Shown piece after piece: positions 53,911 through 64,000 of a stretch of 64,000 nucleotides of DNA. The notes under the pieces were generated by a model, which saw only the letters and a list, made by a program, of their open reading frames with translations, did not search any database and was not told the DNA's origin. The position numbers and the translations under genes were made by a program. The number at the start of each line of letters is the position of its first letter. Within the stretch, counting starts at the first letter, position 1. This DNA comes from Methylococcales bacterium (GTDB lineage Bacteria; Pseudomonadota; Gammaproteobacteria; Methylococcales; Methylomonadaceae). The DNA lies in contig JAPLRS010000037.1 of NCBI GenBank assembly GCA_026399015.1, positions 17,506-81,505 of the forward strand. The letters run 5' to 3'.

Positions 53911-55719
53911 TTATTGCTTTGCGCCTTTAAAAATCCTTTTTCCAACATCCTTAAGATACTCATCATTTGGGTTTTCTCGAACCACTTGATTAAATAACTT
54001 TTCAGCCTCTTCTTTCTTACCCAAAGCCCACAAAACTTCGGCTAAATGGGCTGCTATCTCATTTTCTTTTTGCTTTTCATATGCTCTTTGTAACAACTCT
54101 AAAGCCTCAACGGCATTTCCTAACTTAAACTGCAACCACCCGTAACTATCAACTATTACCGCCTCATTTGGCGCCAAAAAGATAGCTTTTTTTAAATATT
54201 TTTCAGCATCTGAATATCTATCAGGCCTGTTTAATAAGCTATACCCTAATGCATTTAAGGCCTCAACATTGTTAGGCTCTACTTCTAAGATTTTTTTCAA
54301 ATCTCCCTCAACAATATCCATCTTATTCAAATGCTCTGCAATTAAGGCTCGAGCATACAAAAATTCTTTTTGATTAGGATAATCTGCTAAAGCTCGATTT
54401 AATAACACTAAGGACTTTTCATATTCCTTTTGTTGACTATAGAATTCAGCCTGAATCAACATTAATTTGATTTTTTGCTTCGGAAACTTTGCTTGCAAAC
54501 TTGAAAGCCGCAAATCAACCTCATCAAATTGCTTATCTTTTTGCAACAAAGATATAACAGATATACCTGCATCAAAGGCAAAAGCACCGTCTGAAACCTT
54601 ATCAAACAAGGCAATGGCTTTTTTTATCTGCCCCTGCTTTTCTTTTATTTTTCCCAAATAAAAATAAGACTGGTATTTCCACTCAGATTGATTCTCAAAT
54701 TTCTTAAAAATAGCCTCCGCTTCATCTGTCTGATTTAATTGCATGTAAACCAATGCCTCTGCCATCTGACTCTCAACATCGGCAGGATTATTTACAACAA
54801 TTTTATGATAAAGACCCAAGGCCTCCTTAAACTGATTAGATTTAATTAAAACTTGTGCCAGCATTTTGCTGATTTTAAGATTTGTTGGAAATTTTATAGA
54901 GGCTTGTGTTAACAACGACTTAGCCGCTCCTAAATCACCCGACAATATAGAAATTTGTGCCTTCAAAATTAAAGCCTTATCCCAATCCGGCCTCAGCTTT
55001 AAAGCTTGATTTATCTTTATTTCTGCTAATTTTTTATCTTTATTCTGTATCGCTAACAATGCTTGAATAAAGCTGATATCTGCATTATCGGGATGCTTAG
55101 CTAATAAAGCTTCTAATACCTCAGAAACTTCTGTTTGCTTACCTTCTTTTTCTAAAAGAGCTGTTAACTCAAGTAAAACTCCCTCAAACGCATCTGGATC
55201 TATACCCAGAACAGCATTCAATTGCTCAACCGCTAAAGCTCTATCACCTGCCCTTATGGCAACTAAGGTTGCAATTTTTCGAGCTGCTTGATTTTTGGCA
55301 TCCAACTTAAGCCATAAGTCCAATGCCTCATTTGTCTTTGCATTATCCTTTGTATACATGGCGATCATAACGGCTCTTTCTGCAAACTTAGGATCTTTAC
55401 TTTTCTTTGCAGCTATTAAATACCCCTCTAAAGCAATGTCATATTGCCCTCGCTGACCAGCAAGTTCGGCCGTCAACAAGGTATATAAGACATCTGGATC
55501 AATAGAATCTTTTAAGCCTTTTAATGTTATTCTTTCTTTAACTTCTCCCGTCTTATTTGAATCAACAGCTACAATTGGCACGTCATTCTTTGACGAAAAA
55601 AAACTACACCCGCTCAATAAAACAACAGTAGTGACAGAAAGTATTCTAAAAATTAACACAAGCATTCCTACATTAATAAAACCACATACAATTAACAATA
55701 GATTATCATAAAAAAACAC
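53911..55719 (-). CDS. TPR-repeat lipoprotein (start probably about 55665)
   Basis: Lipobox LSGC, ALNALGY, DSYGW, EIAAHLAEVLW; conserved hemA/lolB context. Confidence 0.88.
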   Translation of the reverse strand: MFFYDNLLLIVCGFINVGMLVLIFRILSVTTVVLLSGCSFFSSKNDVPIVAVDSNKTGEVKERITLKGLKDSIDPDVLYTLLTAELAGQRGQYDIALEGYLIAAKKSKDPKFAERAVMIAMYTKDNAKTNEALDLWLKLDAKNQAARKIATLVAIRAGDRALAVEQLNAVLGIDPDAFEGVLLELTALLEKEGKQTEVSEVLEALLAKHPDNADISFIQALLAIQNKDKKLAEIKINQALKLRPDWDKALILKAQISILSGDLGAAKSLLTQASIKFPTNLKISKMLAQVLIKSNQFKEALGLYHKIVVNNPADVESQMAEALVYMQLNQTDEAEAIFKKFENQSEWKYQSYFYLGKIKEKQGQIKKAIALFDKVSDGAFAFDAGISVISLLQKDKQFDEVDLRLSSLQAKFPKQKIKLMLIQAEFYSQQKEYEKSLVLLNRALADYPNQKEFLYARALIAEHLNKMDIVEGDLKKILEVEPNNVEALNALGYSLLNRPDRYSDAEKYLKKAIFLAPNEAVIVDSYGWLQFKLGNAVEALELLQRAYEKQKENEIAAHLAEVLWALGKKEEAEKLFNQVVRENPNDEYLKDVGKRIFKGAKQ

Positions 55720-55902
55720 GCCAGTTTAGAAGGCTGATTTATAGCCCCTTAAATAATGTTATTATAGTGACCAATGATTAACACGCTTTGCAAATGATTT
55801 TTGCTAAAACTTTATAAAGAAAATTTATAGATCTTTTAAAATCATCAAATAAAATAGTAATTATCGTTTTTAAACCAGAAAATTTTAACGCATTACAAAA
55901 AT

Positions 55903-57162
55903 ATGACTTTTCTTGCAGTGGGCATAAATTACAATACCGCACCTGTTTCGGTGCGTGAGCGCCTATCCTTTCCTGCCAACATTCTAGAAAATTCTTTAAA
56001 AGAACTGTTACGTATCAAAGAAATTAGAGAAGCAGCTATTCTTTCAACTTGTAATCGAACTGAACTCTATTGCACAGCAACTGACGCCAACACACAAACC
56101 TTAATCGACTGGGTTGCCAATACCAAACAAATTAACCCCGAAGATTTTGCACCGTACCTCTATTTCCATACAGATAAATCCGTCTGTAGACACATATTCC
56201 GTGTAGCTTGTGGTTTAGATTCAATGGTACTAGGAGAACCACAAATTCTTGGCCAAATGAAAACCGCATACCAAGCTGCTTATGACGCTGGTGCGCTTGG
56301 AAAAAACTTAGGCACGCTATTTCAGCATACTTTTACCGCGGCAAAAAAAGTTCGTACAGATACCGCAATTGGCTCTAGCCCTGTATCTGTTGCTTTTGCA
56401 GCGGTGCAACTTGCACAACAAATATTTGATAAGCTAAGCGAACAAACCGCTTTATTAATTGGTGCAGGAGAAACCATTGAACTAGCAGCAAGACACCTAT
56501 CACAACAAGGGATCAAACGCATTATTATAGCTAACCGCACTTTTGATAAGGCCCACTCTCTTGCTACTCAATTTAACGGTTATGCAATTTCGTTATCAGA
56601 AATACCCACGCACCTAGCCGAAGCTGATATTGTGATTTCATCGACCGCCAGCCAATTGCCTATTCTAGGCAAAGGTCGTGTAGAAAGTGCTTTAAAAATA
56701 CGCAAACACAAACCCATGTTCATGGTTGATTTAGCTGTACCTCGAGATATTGAGGCTGAAGTAGAGCAACTAAGAGATGTGTATCTTTATACCGTTGACG
56801 ATTTACAAAATACTATTGATCAGAACATGAACTCTCGTCGCTTGGCCGCTGAACAAGCAGAAGAAATAATTGACACCCAAGTCGATTACTTCTTCGCGTG
56901 GCTAAGAGCACAAGGTGCACAGACGACTATTATGGATTACCGCGCCCAAGCAGAGCAATCTCGTGATGAGGCTTTACAAAAAGCCTTATTACTTTTAAAA
57001 AACGGTATCCCAGCCGAAGAGGCTTTAAATCGGCTCGCCCACACTTTAACCAACAAACTAATACACACACCCAGCACCCAAATAAGAGCAGCGGCAGAAA
57101 ACGAACGCCACGATCTCATCAATGCTGCCCGAGAAATTTTTAAATTAACAAAATCTTCATGA
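55903..57162 (+). CDS. hemA: Glutamyl-tRNA reductase
   Basis: [22 protein letters not shown]. Confidence 0.98.
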   Translation: MTFLAVGINYNTAPVSVRERLSFPANILENSLKELLRIKEIREAAILSTCNRTELYCTATDANTQTLIDWVANTKQINPEDFAPYLYFHTDKSVCRHIFRVACGLDSMVLGEPQILGQMKTAYQAAYDAGALGKNLGTLFQHTFTAAKKVRTDTAIGSSPVSVAFAAVQLAQQIFDKLSEQTALLIGAGETIELAARHLSQQGIKRIIIANRTFDKAHSLATQFNGYAISLSEIPTHLAEADIVISSTASQLPILGKGRVESALKIRKHKPMFMVDLAVPRDIEAEVEQLRDVYLYTVDDLQNTIDQNMNSRRLAAEQAEEIIDTQVDYFFAWLRAQGAQTTIMDYRAQAEQSRDEALQKALLLLKNGIPAEEALNRLAHTLTNKLIHTPSTQIRAAAENERHDLINAAREIFKLTKSS

Positions 57163-58244
57163 AACAATCTATACAACTTAAACTTGAAAGCCTTTGCGAA
57201 CGCTATGATGAAATCGCGGCTTTATTATCAGAACCTGAAGTACAAAATAACCAAAATAAATTCAGATCATTAAGCCAAGAATATGCCCAAATTGCGCCTT
57301 TAGTCGATTGCTATAAACGCTATGAATCAGCGCAAGACTCTCTAGCATCAGCCCAAGAAATGGCTAATGATCCAGACCCTGAATTAAGAGAAATGGCTAA
57401 AGAAGAGGTCAGTGAAGCTCAAGATGTCATAGAGTCTCTCGATCATGAACTGCAAATTTTATTGCTTCCTAAAGACCCTAACGATAACCGCAATATATTC
57501 TTAGAAGTAAGAGCGGGTACAGGGGGCGATGAAGCGGCCATATTTTCGGGTGACCTGTCGCGCATGTACCAACGCTATTCAGAAAGAAAAGGCTGGCAAA
57601 CAGAAATAATTAGTGAAAACCAAGGTGAGCATGGTGGTTATAAAGAAATCATCCTCCGAGTTTCGGGTCGAGACGTATACTCACAATTAAAATTTGAATC
57701 TGGCACACATCGCGTGCAACGCGTACCAGAAACTGAATCACAAGGCCGTATCCACACATCAGCATGCACCGTGGCCATCATGCCTGAAGTTGAAGAGGTA
57801 GACGCTATTGATATTAACCCAGCAGACCTTAAAGTTGATACCTATCGCGCATCGGGTGCAGGTGGACAGCACGTTAACAAAACAGAATCAGCTATTCGCA
57901 TAACACATATTCCTACAGGCGTAGTAGTCGAATGTCAAGATGAGCGTTCGCAACATAAAAATAGAGCACGCGCCATGTCTTTATTAGCGTCACGATTATT
58001 ATCTGCGGAACAAGAAAAACACCATGCCGAGCAATCATCAATCCGTAAACTCCAAGTAGGCAGTGGCGATAGATCAGAACGCATTCGTACTTATAACTTC
58101 CCGCAAGGACGTTTAACGGACCACCGCATTAACTTAACACTCTATAAATTAGATGACATTATGCAGGGTGGCTTAGAACAAGTCATACAACCCCTGATTA
58201 GTGAGCATCAAGCAGAACTACTTACCCAACTGGGCGAAGATTAG
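57159..58244 (+). CDS. prfA: Peptide chain release factor 1
   Basis: GGQ, PET motif, RTYNFPQGR. Confidence 0.98.
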   Translation: MKQSIQLKLESLCERYDEIAALLSEPEVQNNQNKFRSLSQEYAQIAPLVDCYKRYESAQDSLASAQEMANDPDPELREMAKEEVSEAQDVIESLDHELQILLLPKDPNDNRNIFLEVRAGTGGDEAAIFSGDLSRMYQRYSERKGWQTEIISENQGEHGGYKEIILRVSGRDVYSQLKFESGTHRVQRVPETESQGRIHTSACTVAIMPEVEEVDAIDINPADLKVDTYRASGAGGQHVNKTESAIRITHIPTGVVVECQDERSQHKNRARAMSLLASRLLSAEQEKHHAEQSSIRKLQVGSGDRSERIRTYNFPQGRLTDHRINLTLYKLDDIMQGGLEQVIQPLISEHQAELLTQLGED

Positions 58245-58249
58245 GCTTA

Positions 58250-59095
58250 ATGGCCAGCATCAAAAATTTATTGATTGACGCGGCAAATATGCTTGCCGCG
58301 AGCTCAGAATCTGCTCACTTAGACGCCGAAATTTTACTGTGCTTAGCACTTAACAAACAACGGAGTTATCTAAGAGCGTGGCCGGAGAACGAACCGACAA
58401 CTAACCAAGAAACCCTATTTAAAAGCTATTTACAAGAGCGTTACCTAGGCAAACCTATTGCCTATATCTTAGGATACAAAGAGTTTTGGTCACGCGATTT
58501 TAAAGTGACACCTGATGTATTAATCCCCAGACCCGATACAGAATTAATCATAGAGCTATGCTTAGATGTACTACCACTCAACTCAACTGCAAACATTCTT
58601 GATTTAGGGACTGGCTCAGGCATTATAGGCATTACCTTAGCTGCAGAACGCCCCCATTGCCAAGTGATTGCGAGTGATTTTTCATTAGCAGCTTTAAACA
58701 TTGCCAAACTCAACGCCCAAGCTCATCACTTAAACAACATTACTTTTTATCAAAGTGACTGGCTTAAAAATATCCCCAAGCAGAAATTTGAAATCATTGT
58801 TAGCAACCCGCCCTACATTGCAAAAGATGATGAGCACTTAACACTAGGGGACCTGCGCTTTGAACCTACTACAGCTTTATCCGCTAACGACTATGGCTTA
58901 AGTGATATAAAAACAATTATTAATCATGCCCGCGATTATTTAGCCCCCCAAGGTCATTTATTAATTGAACATGGCTATAACCAAAAAAATGCTGTTCAAG
59001 ACATTTTTAACGACTTCAATTACCAACAAATTAATACACATATTGATTTATCAGAACAACCTCGCGTTACTCGCGGCCAATGGCAATCAACTTAA
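58250..59095 (+). CDS. prmC: Release factor glutamine methyltransferase
   Basis: LIPRPDTE, DLGTGSG, SNPPY. Confidence 0.97.
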   Translation: MASIKNLLIDAANMLAASSESAHLDAEILLCLALNKQRSYLRAWPENEPTTNQETLFKSYLQERYLGKPIAYILGYKEFWSRDFKVTPDVLIPRPDTELIIELCLDVLPLNSTANILDLGTGSGIIGITLAAERPHCQVIASDFSLAALNIAKLNAQAHHLNNITFYQSDWLKNIPKQKFEIIVSNPPYIAKDDEHLTLGDLRFEPTTALSANDYGLSDIKTIINHARDYLAPQGHLLIEHGYNQKNAVQDIFNDFNYQQINTHIDLSEQPRVTRGQWQST

Positions 59096-59111
59096 ATTTA
59101 CCAAAACCGAC

Positions 59112-59531
59112 ATGACACAAGAAATACAATTACCTCGTAAATTAGCCAATCAATTACTGCATTTAGCTCAAATATCACCTGAACATGAGATATGTGGGCT
59201 AATTAGTGGCAAAAATGGCTTAGCCCAGCGATGTTATCCGGTGCTTAATGTTTCAGAACACCCCAAACAGCAATTCTTGCTTGATGCCCAACAACAAATC
59301 AGCGCCATGTCTAAAATGCGTGAAAATGGAGAGGATTTATTTGCTATTTATCATTCTCACCCAACAGCGCCAGCCCAACCCTCTAAAGCTGACATAAACT
59401 TAGCAACCTACCCTGACGCACTAAGCTTAATTATTTCTCTAAATACTAAAGGCGTTTTAGATATGCACTGTTTCAAAATCATAAATGATTCAGTAACCGA
59501 ACTCCCATTAGTTATGAGAGACGGCACCTAA
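59112..59531 (+). CDS. JAMM/MPN+ (Mov34, M67) metalloprotease
   Basis: EICG and YHSHP...PSKAD; likely start MTQEIQ. Confidence 0.9.
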   Translation: MTQEIQLPRKLANQLLHLAQISPEHEICGLISGKNGLAQRCYPVLNVSEHPKQQFLLDAQQQISAMSKMRENGEDLFAIYHSHPTAPAQPSKADINLATYPDALSLIISLNTKGVLDMHCFKIINDSVTELPLVMRDGT

Positions 59532-59775
59532 TGTGGTAAGCATTTTATTGTTAAATCGATAATTTATGGCCTTTATAATTAAAAAGGCCACGCTAGATAA
59601 TTACAATTTTGCCAATAACCTAGTAAAATACTAGACGTTATATTGTCTGAAAAAAGATAATCATCTAAAAATGTCTATTCGCTATTTTTTAAAAAACTAA
59701 ACACTTACTTGTTAATTTAAAAAACTGTACTTGACTCAAATTATAAGAAATCATCATGTTTATTGAGGTGTTAGC

Positions 59776-61512
59776 GTGGAGCTAAACGGGGCACAAATCG
59801 TAGTTCAAAGTCTAATTGACGAAGGCGTAGAGTATATATTCGGCTATCCTGGTGGAGCCGTATTACATTTATACGATGCAATTTTCCAACAAGAAGAACT
59901 CAAACACATATTAGTTCGCCATGAACAAGGCGCAACACATGCAGCGGATGGTTATGCAAGAGCTACTGGTAAACCTGGTGTCGTATTAGTTACGTCAGGC
60001 CCTGGTGCTACTAATGCAATCACAGGCATAGCAACCGCTTATTTAGACTCAATACCCTTAGTGGTTATTTCTGGTCAAGTATCTTTACCCGTCATAGGTA
60101 GTGATGCTTTCCAAGAAGTAGATATGGTTGGTATTACGCGACCTTGTGTAAAACACAACTTTTTAGTAAAAGATGTCACTAAGCTAGCTGAGACCATTAA
60201 AAAAGCTTTTTATGTGGCGACTACTGGTCGTCCTGGCCCAGTGGTTATTGATATCCCTAAAGATATTACCGCACCCAATATTAAGGTTCCTTATTCGTAT
60301 CCAGACAGCGTTTCTATTCGATCTTATAACCCTGTTGTTACTGGACATAAAGGTCAAATTAAAAAAGCTGTGGATTTATTACTCAGCGCTAAAAGGCCAA
60401 TTATCTACTCTGGTGGTGGCGTAGTTTTAGGTGAAGCCAGTGAACAATTAATTGAATTCACTCGCGCATTAGGCTATCCAATCACAAACACCTTGATGGG
60501 CCTAGGCTCATATCCAGCAACTGACAATCAATATGTCGGCATGCTAGGTATGCATGGCACTTACGAAGCCAACATGGCAATGCACGAAAGTGATGTAATC
60601 ATTGCTATTGGCGCGCGCTTTGATGACCGAGTGACTGGCAAACTGGACTTATTTTGCCCGCACGCAAAAATAATCCATATTGATATTGATCCAGCCTCTA
60701 TCTCTAAAACAGTACGAGTTGCTATTCCAATAGTCGGGGATGTTAAACCCGTATTGGAGCAAATGCTGGAATTAATTAAAGTCAGCAGTATTAAAATCGA
60801 TGCAAATGCACTTGCAGATTGGTGGAAACAAATCAGTGAATGGCAATCTATCAATTGTTTGGAATTTGATAGAAGCAGTCCTTTAATCAAACCACAATAC
60901 GTGATTGAGCAATTACACGAAGTTACAAAAGGTGATGCTTATGTAACATCAGATGTAGGCCAGCACCAAATGTGGGCCGCACAGTATTATAAATTTAATA
61001 AACCACGTCGCTGGATAAACTCAGGTGGTTTAGGCACGATGGGCTTTGGTTTACCATCTGCTATCGGTGTTAAATTAGCTTTTCCAGAGGCCGATGTTGC
61101 CTGTGTAACAGGGGAAGCCAGCATCCAAATGTGTATACAGGAGTTATCCACCGCCCTGCAATACAAGACACCTATTAAAATTCTTAATCTTAATAATCGT
61201 TATATGGGGATGGTTAGACAGTGGCAAGAATTTTCTTACGAAAGTCGCTACTCACATTCTTATATGGATACTATTCCTGAGTTTGTTAAATTGGCTGAAG
61301 CTTATGGGCATGTTGGCTTACGTATAGATAAGCCAGAAGAAGTTAGACCCACATTAGAAGCCGCATTTGCTATGAAAGACCGCACCGTCTTTATAGACAT
61401 AATGACAGACAGAACAGAAAACGTTTACCCCATGATTGAAGCAGGCAAAGGTCATCATGATATGAAACTACGCGTTGCCATCGGCACTTCTACAGATAGA
61501 GAACTGGCATAA
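59776..61512 (+). CDS. ilvI: Acetolactate synthase large subunit
   Basis: [23 protein letters not shown]. Confidence 0.96.
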   Translation: MELNGAQIVVQSLIDEGVEYIFGYPGGAVLHLYDAIFQQEELKHILVRHEQGATHAADGYARATGKPGVVLVTSGPGATNAITGIATAYLDSIPLVVISGQVSLPVIGSDAFQEVDMVGITRPCVKHNFLVKDVTKLAETIKKAFYVATTGRPGPVVIDIPKDITAPNIKVPYSYPDSVSIRSYNPVVTGHKGQIKKAVDLLLSAKRPIIYSGGGVVLGEASEQLIEFTRALGYPITNTLMGLGSYPATDNQYVGMLGMHGTYEANMAMHESDVIIAIGARFDDRVTGKLDLFCPHAKIIHIDIDPASISKTVRVAIPIVGDVKPVLEQMLELIKVSSIKIDANALADWWKQISEWQSINCLEFDRSSPLIKPQYVIEQLHEVTKGDAYVTSDVGQHQMWAAQYYKFNKPRRWINSGGLGTMGFGLPSAIGVKLAFPEADVACVTGEASIQMCIQELSTALQYKTPIKILNLNNRYMGMVRQWQEFSYESRYSHSYMDTIPEFVKLAEAYGHVGLRIDKPEEVRPTLEAAFAMKDRTVFIDIMTDRTENVYPMIEAGKGHHDMKLRVAIGTSTDRELA

Positions 61513-62004
61513 ATGAGACATATTATTTCTATTTTAATGGAGAATGAATCAGGCGCTTTATCACGCGTAGCCGGTTTATTTTCAGCACGTGGTTACAATA
61601 TTGAATCACTCACGGTTGCACCAACTGAAGACCCTAGCTTATCTAGAATGACTTTAGTAACGCGTGGCAATGATGACATCATTGAACAGATCACTAAACA
61701 ACTAAATAAATTAATCGATGTTGTTAAATTAATCGACCTTGCAGACTCATTTCATATTGAACGCGAACTATTAATGGTGAAAGTAAAAACTTCACCAGAA
61801 ATGCGTGACGAAATTAGAAGCATGGCCGATATATTTCGCGGCAAAATTATTGACGTAACCCCCACTACTTACATTATTGAAATGACTGGTCCATCAGAAA
61901 AGCTAGATGCGTTTATAGCGGCTATTGACCCAGAATCAATTATTGAAGCGGTACGCTCAGGCCCAACAGGAATTTCTAGAGGTGAGCTAGGCTTACATCT
62001 ATAA
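61513..62004 (+). CDS. ilvH: Acetolactate synthase small subunit
   Basis: ENESGALSRV, RGYNIESL. Confidence 0.96.
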   Translation: MRHIISILMENESGALSRVAGLFSARGYNIESLTVAPTEDPSLSRMTLVTRGNDDIIEQITKQLNKLIDVVKLIDLADSFHIERELLMVKVKTSPEMRDEIRSMADIFRGKIIDVTPTTYIIEMTGPSEKLDAFIAAIDPESIIEAVRSGPTGISRGELGLHL

Positions 62005-62015
62005 CCTTTTTATAA

Positions 62016-63059
<1,044 letters not shown>

Positions 63060-63081
63060 AATCTACTCAAAGTTAGTTAAT

Positions 63082-63112
63082 AAAAAAGCCCATCACATGA
63101 TGGGCTTTTTTT
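63082..63112. terminator. Bidirectional intrinsic terminator
   Basis: AAAAAAGCCCATCA-CA-TGATGGGCTTTTTT. Confidence 0.9.
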
Positions 63113-63176
63113 ATGGTATGAGTACTAAAAATATTTCTAGCAAGCCTTTAAATCTGTAATTTTATTTAGAATATAA

Positions 63177-63752
63177 TCATTCTAAACTGTGCTCTTGGCA
63201 TAGTTTAGAACTGTCATTTAAACTAAGTGGTTCTTTTGTAAGTTCACACCTAAAGCCCAAGGTATATTCAGTAAAATACTTACACGTCTCACATTGACCA
63301 AATGAATGACCTTTATGCGCTTTTTGCAACGCTTTTAAGGCACTAACAAAAACCGCTTCCACACCCTCATTATTGACATCATGCTCAAAAACCTTCCTCG
63401 CTTGATGAAATAAATGGGTATCACGCACTTCAGCCAAAACGACCAAGCCAGAATCCAAAAGACTTAAATGCACTTTACGCCTATCGATTAAATCCATCGT
63501 TTTCTTAATAAAGCCTTTTTTTTCCAATAAAAGTAATGTTTGAGAAACCGTACCGCGTGTCATTCCTAAATAATTCGCGAGCGAAGCGGGTGTATCACTA
63601 TAGCGATTACATCGAGATAAATAATCTAAAGCTTGCAGATGAACGACTTGTAACCCTAATTCACTGCATTTTTTGCGCTCTTCTGAACGGATTAAAGCGG
63701 ACATACGCTCTATCAAATCAAAAATATCTGTTTTTGGATTAATTTGTGGCAC
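63177..63752 (-). CDS. MarR-family regulator with C-terminal Cys cluster
   Basis: wHTH TRGTVSQ..DRR; tail CETC...C...C. Confidence 0.88.
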   Translation of the reverse strand: MPQINPKTDIFDLIERMSALIRSEERKKCSELGLQVVHLQALDYLSRCNRYSDTPASLANYLGMTRGTVSQTLLLLEKKGFIKKTMDLIDRRKVHLSLLDSGLVVLAEVRDTHLFHQARKVFEHDVNNEGVEAVFVSALKALQKAHKGHSFGQCETCKYFTEYTLGFRCELTKEPLSLNDSSKLCQEHSLE

Positions 63753-63847
63753 AAAAATAATAATGGATAAATAAAGTAGATAACTGACTTTATTATACTA
63801 ATGTGTAAGATTAAATCTAGCCAAAAAGTCTATACCAGCCAATGACT

Positions 63848-63893
63848 TGCACCATTTTAACGCAAAAATACGCTGGCGCACCAAAATAGAACA
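63848..63893. promoter_or_regulatory. Tandem NtrC-like sites
   Basis: TGCACCATTTTAACGCA and CGCACCAAAATAGAACA. Confidence 0.55.
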
Positions 63894-63982
63894 AGGAAGA
63901 TGTAAGAAGGTAATACACCATAATAGACTTACAACACGCAAATTAAGGGTTTGAGATTGGAATATGATCTAATCTAATATTA

Positions 63983-63998
63983 TGGTTCAATTATTGCT
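63983..63998 (+). promoter_or_regulatory. Probable sigma54 promoter for a gene beyond the window
   Basis: TGGTTCAATTATTGCT (GG-N10-GC), about 90-120 bp downstream of the NtrC-like sites. Confidence 0.6.
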
Positions 63999-64000
63999 AA

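Noticed and set aside
59531-59776. ilv leader-peptide attenuator
   Set aside because: No Ile/Leu/Val-rich leader ORF with a terminator; the hairpin near 59567-59590 more likely ends the upstream operon.

Overview
AT-rich gammaproteobacterial chromosome segment. Gene content and order suggest Methylococcales, which is an inference. It has five blocks. (1) 0-19 kb, a sulfur/low-oxygen region: NemR-like TetR, LysR with a clade-D beta-carbonic anhydrase, thiopurine methyltransferase, and an sqr-DUF2892-TolC-MFP-RND-DUF599 operon divergent from cydAB. cydAB is followed by a CydX fused to a degenerate GGDEF domain, a PsiE-family gene and cydDC. (2) 19-34 kb, housekeeping: mreBCD-mrdAB-mltB-rlpA-dacA-dat-ybeD-lipBA and gatCAB. 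(3) 34-42.5 kb, core nitrogen locus: glnK-amtB, ntrBC, glnA and a sigma54/NtrC-controlled BBP2-type porin. (4) 42.5-49.8 kb, an accessory patch ending at a tRNA-Thr 3' end: a DEAD-box remnant, a 231-aa hypothetical gene with an upstream degenerate palindromic 21-bp array, an IS5 remnant, a divergent second Amt, two more porins and a frameshifted glnK. (5) 49.9-64 kb, housekeeping: four tRNAs, pth, rplY, prs, ispE, lolB, a TPR lipoprotein, hemA-prfA-prmC-JAMM, ilvIHC and MarR. The best candidates for undescribed biology are the helically phased 21-bp palindromic array paired with the 231-aa gene, the CydX-GGDEF fusion, and the nitrogen-regulated porin/Amt module. All calls come from reading the sequence by eye; no searches were run.
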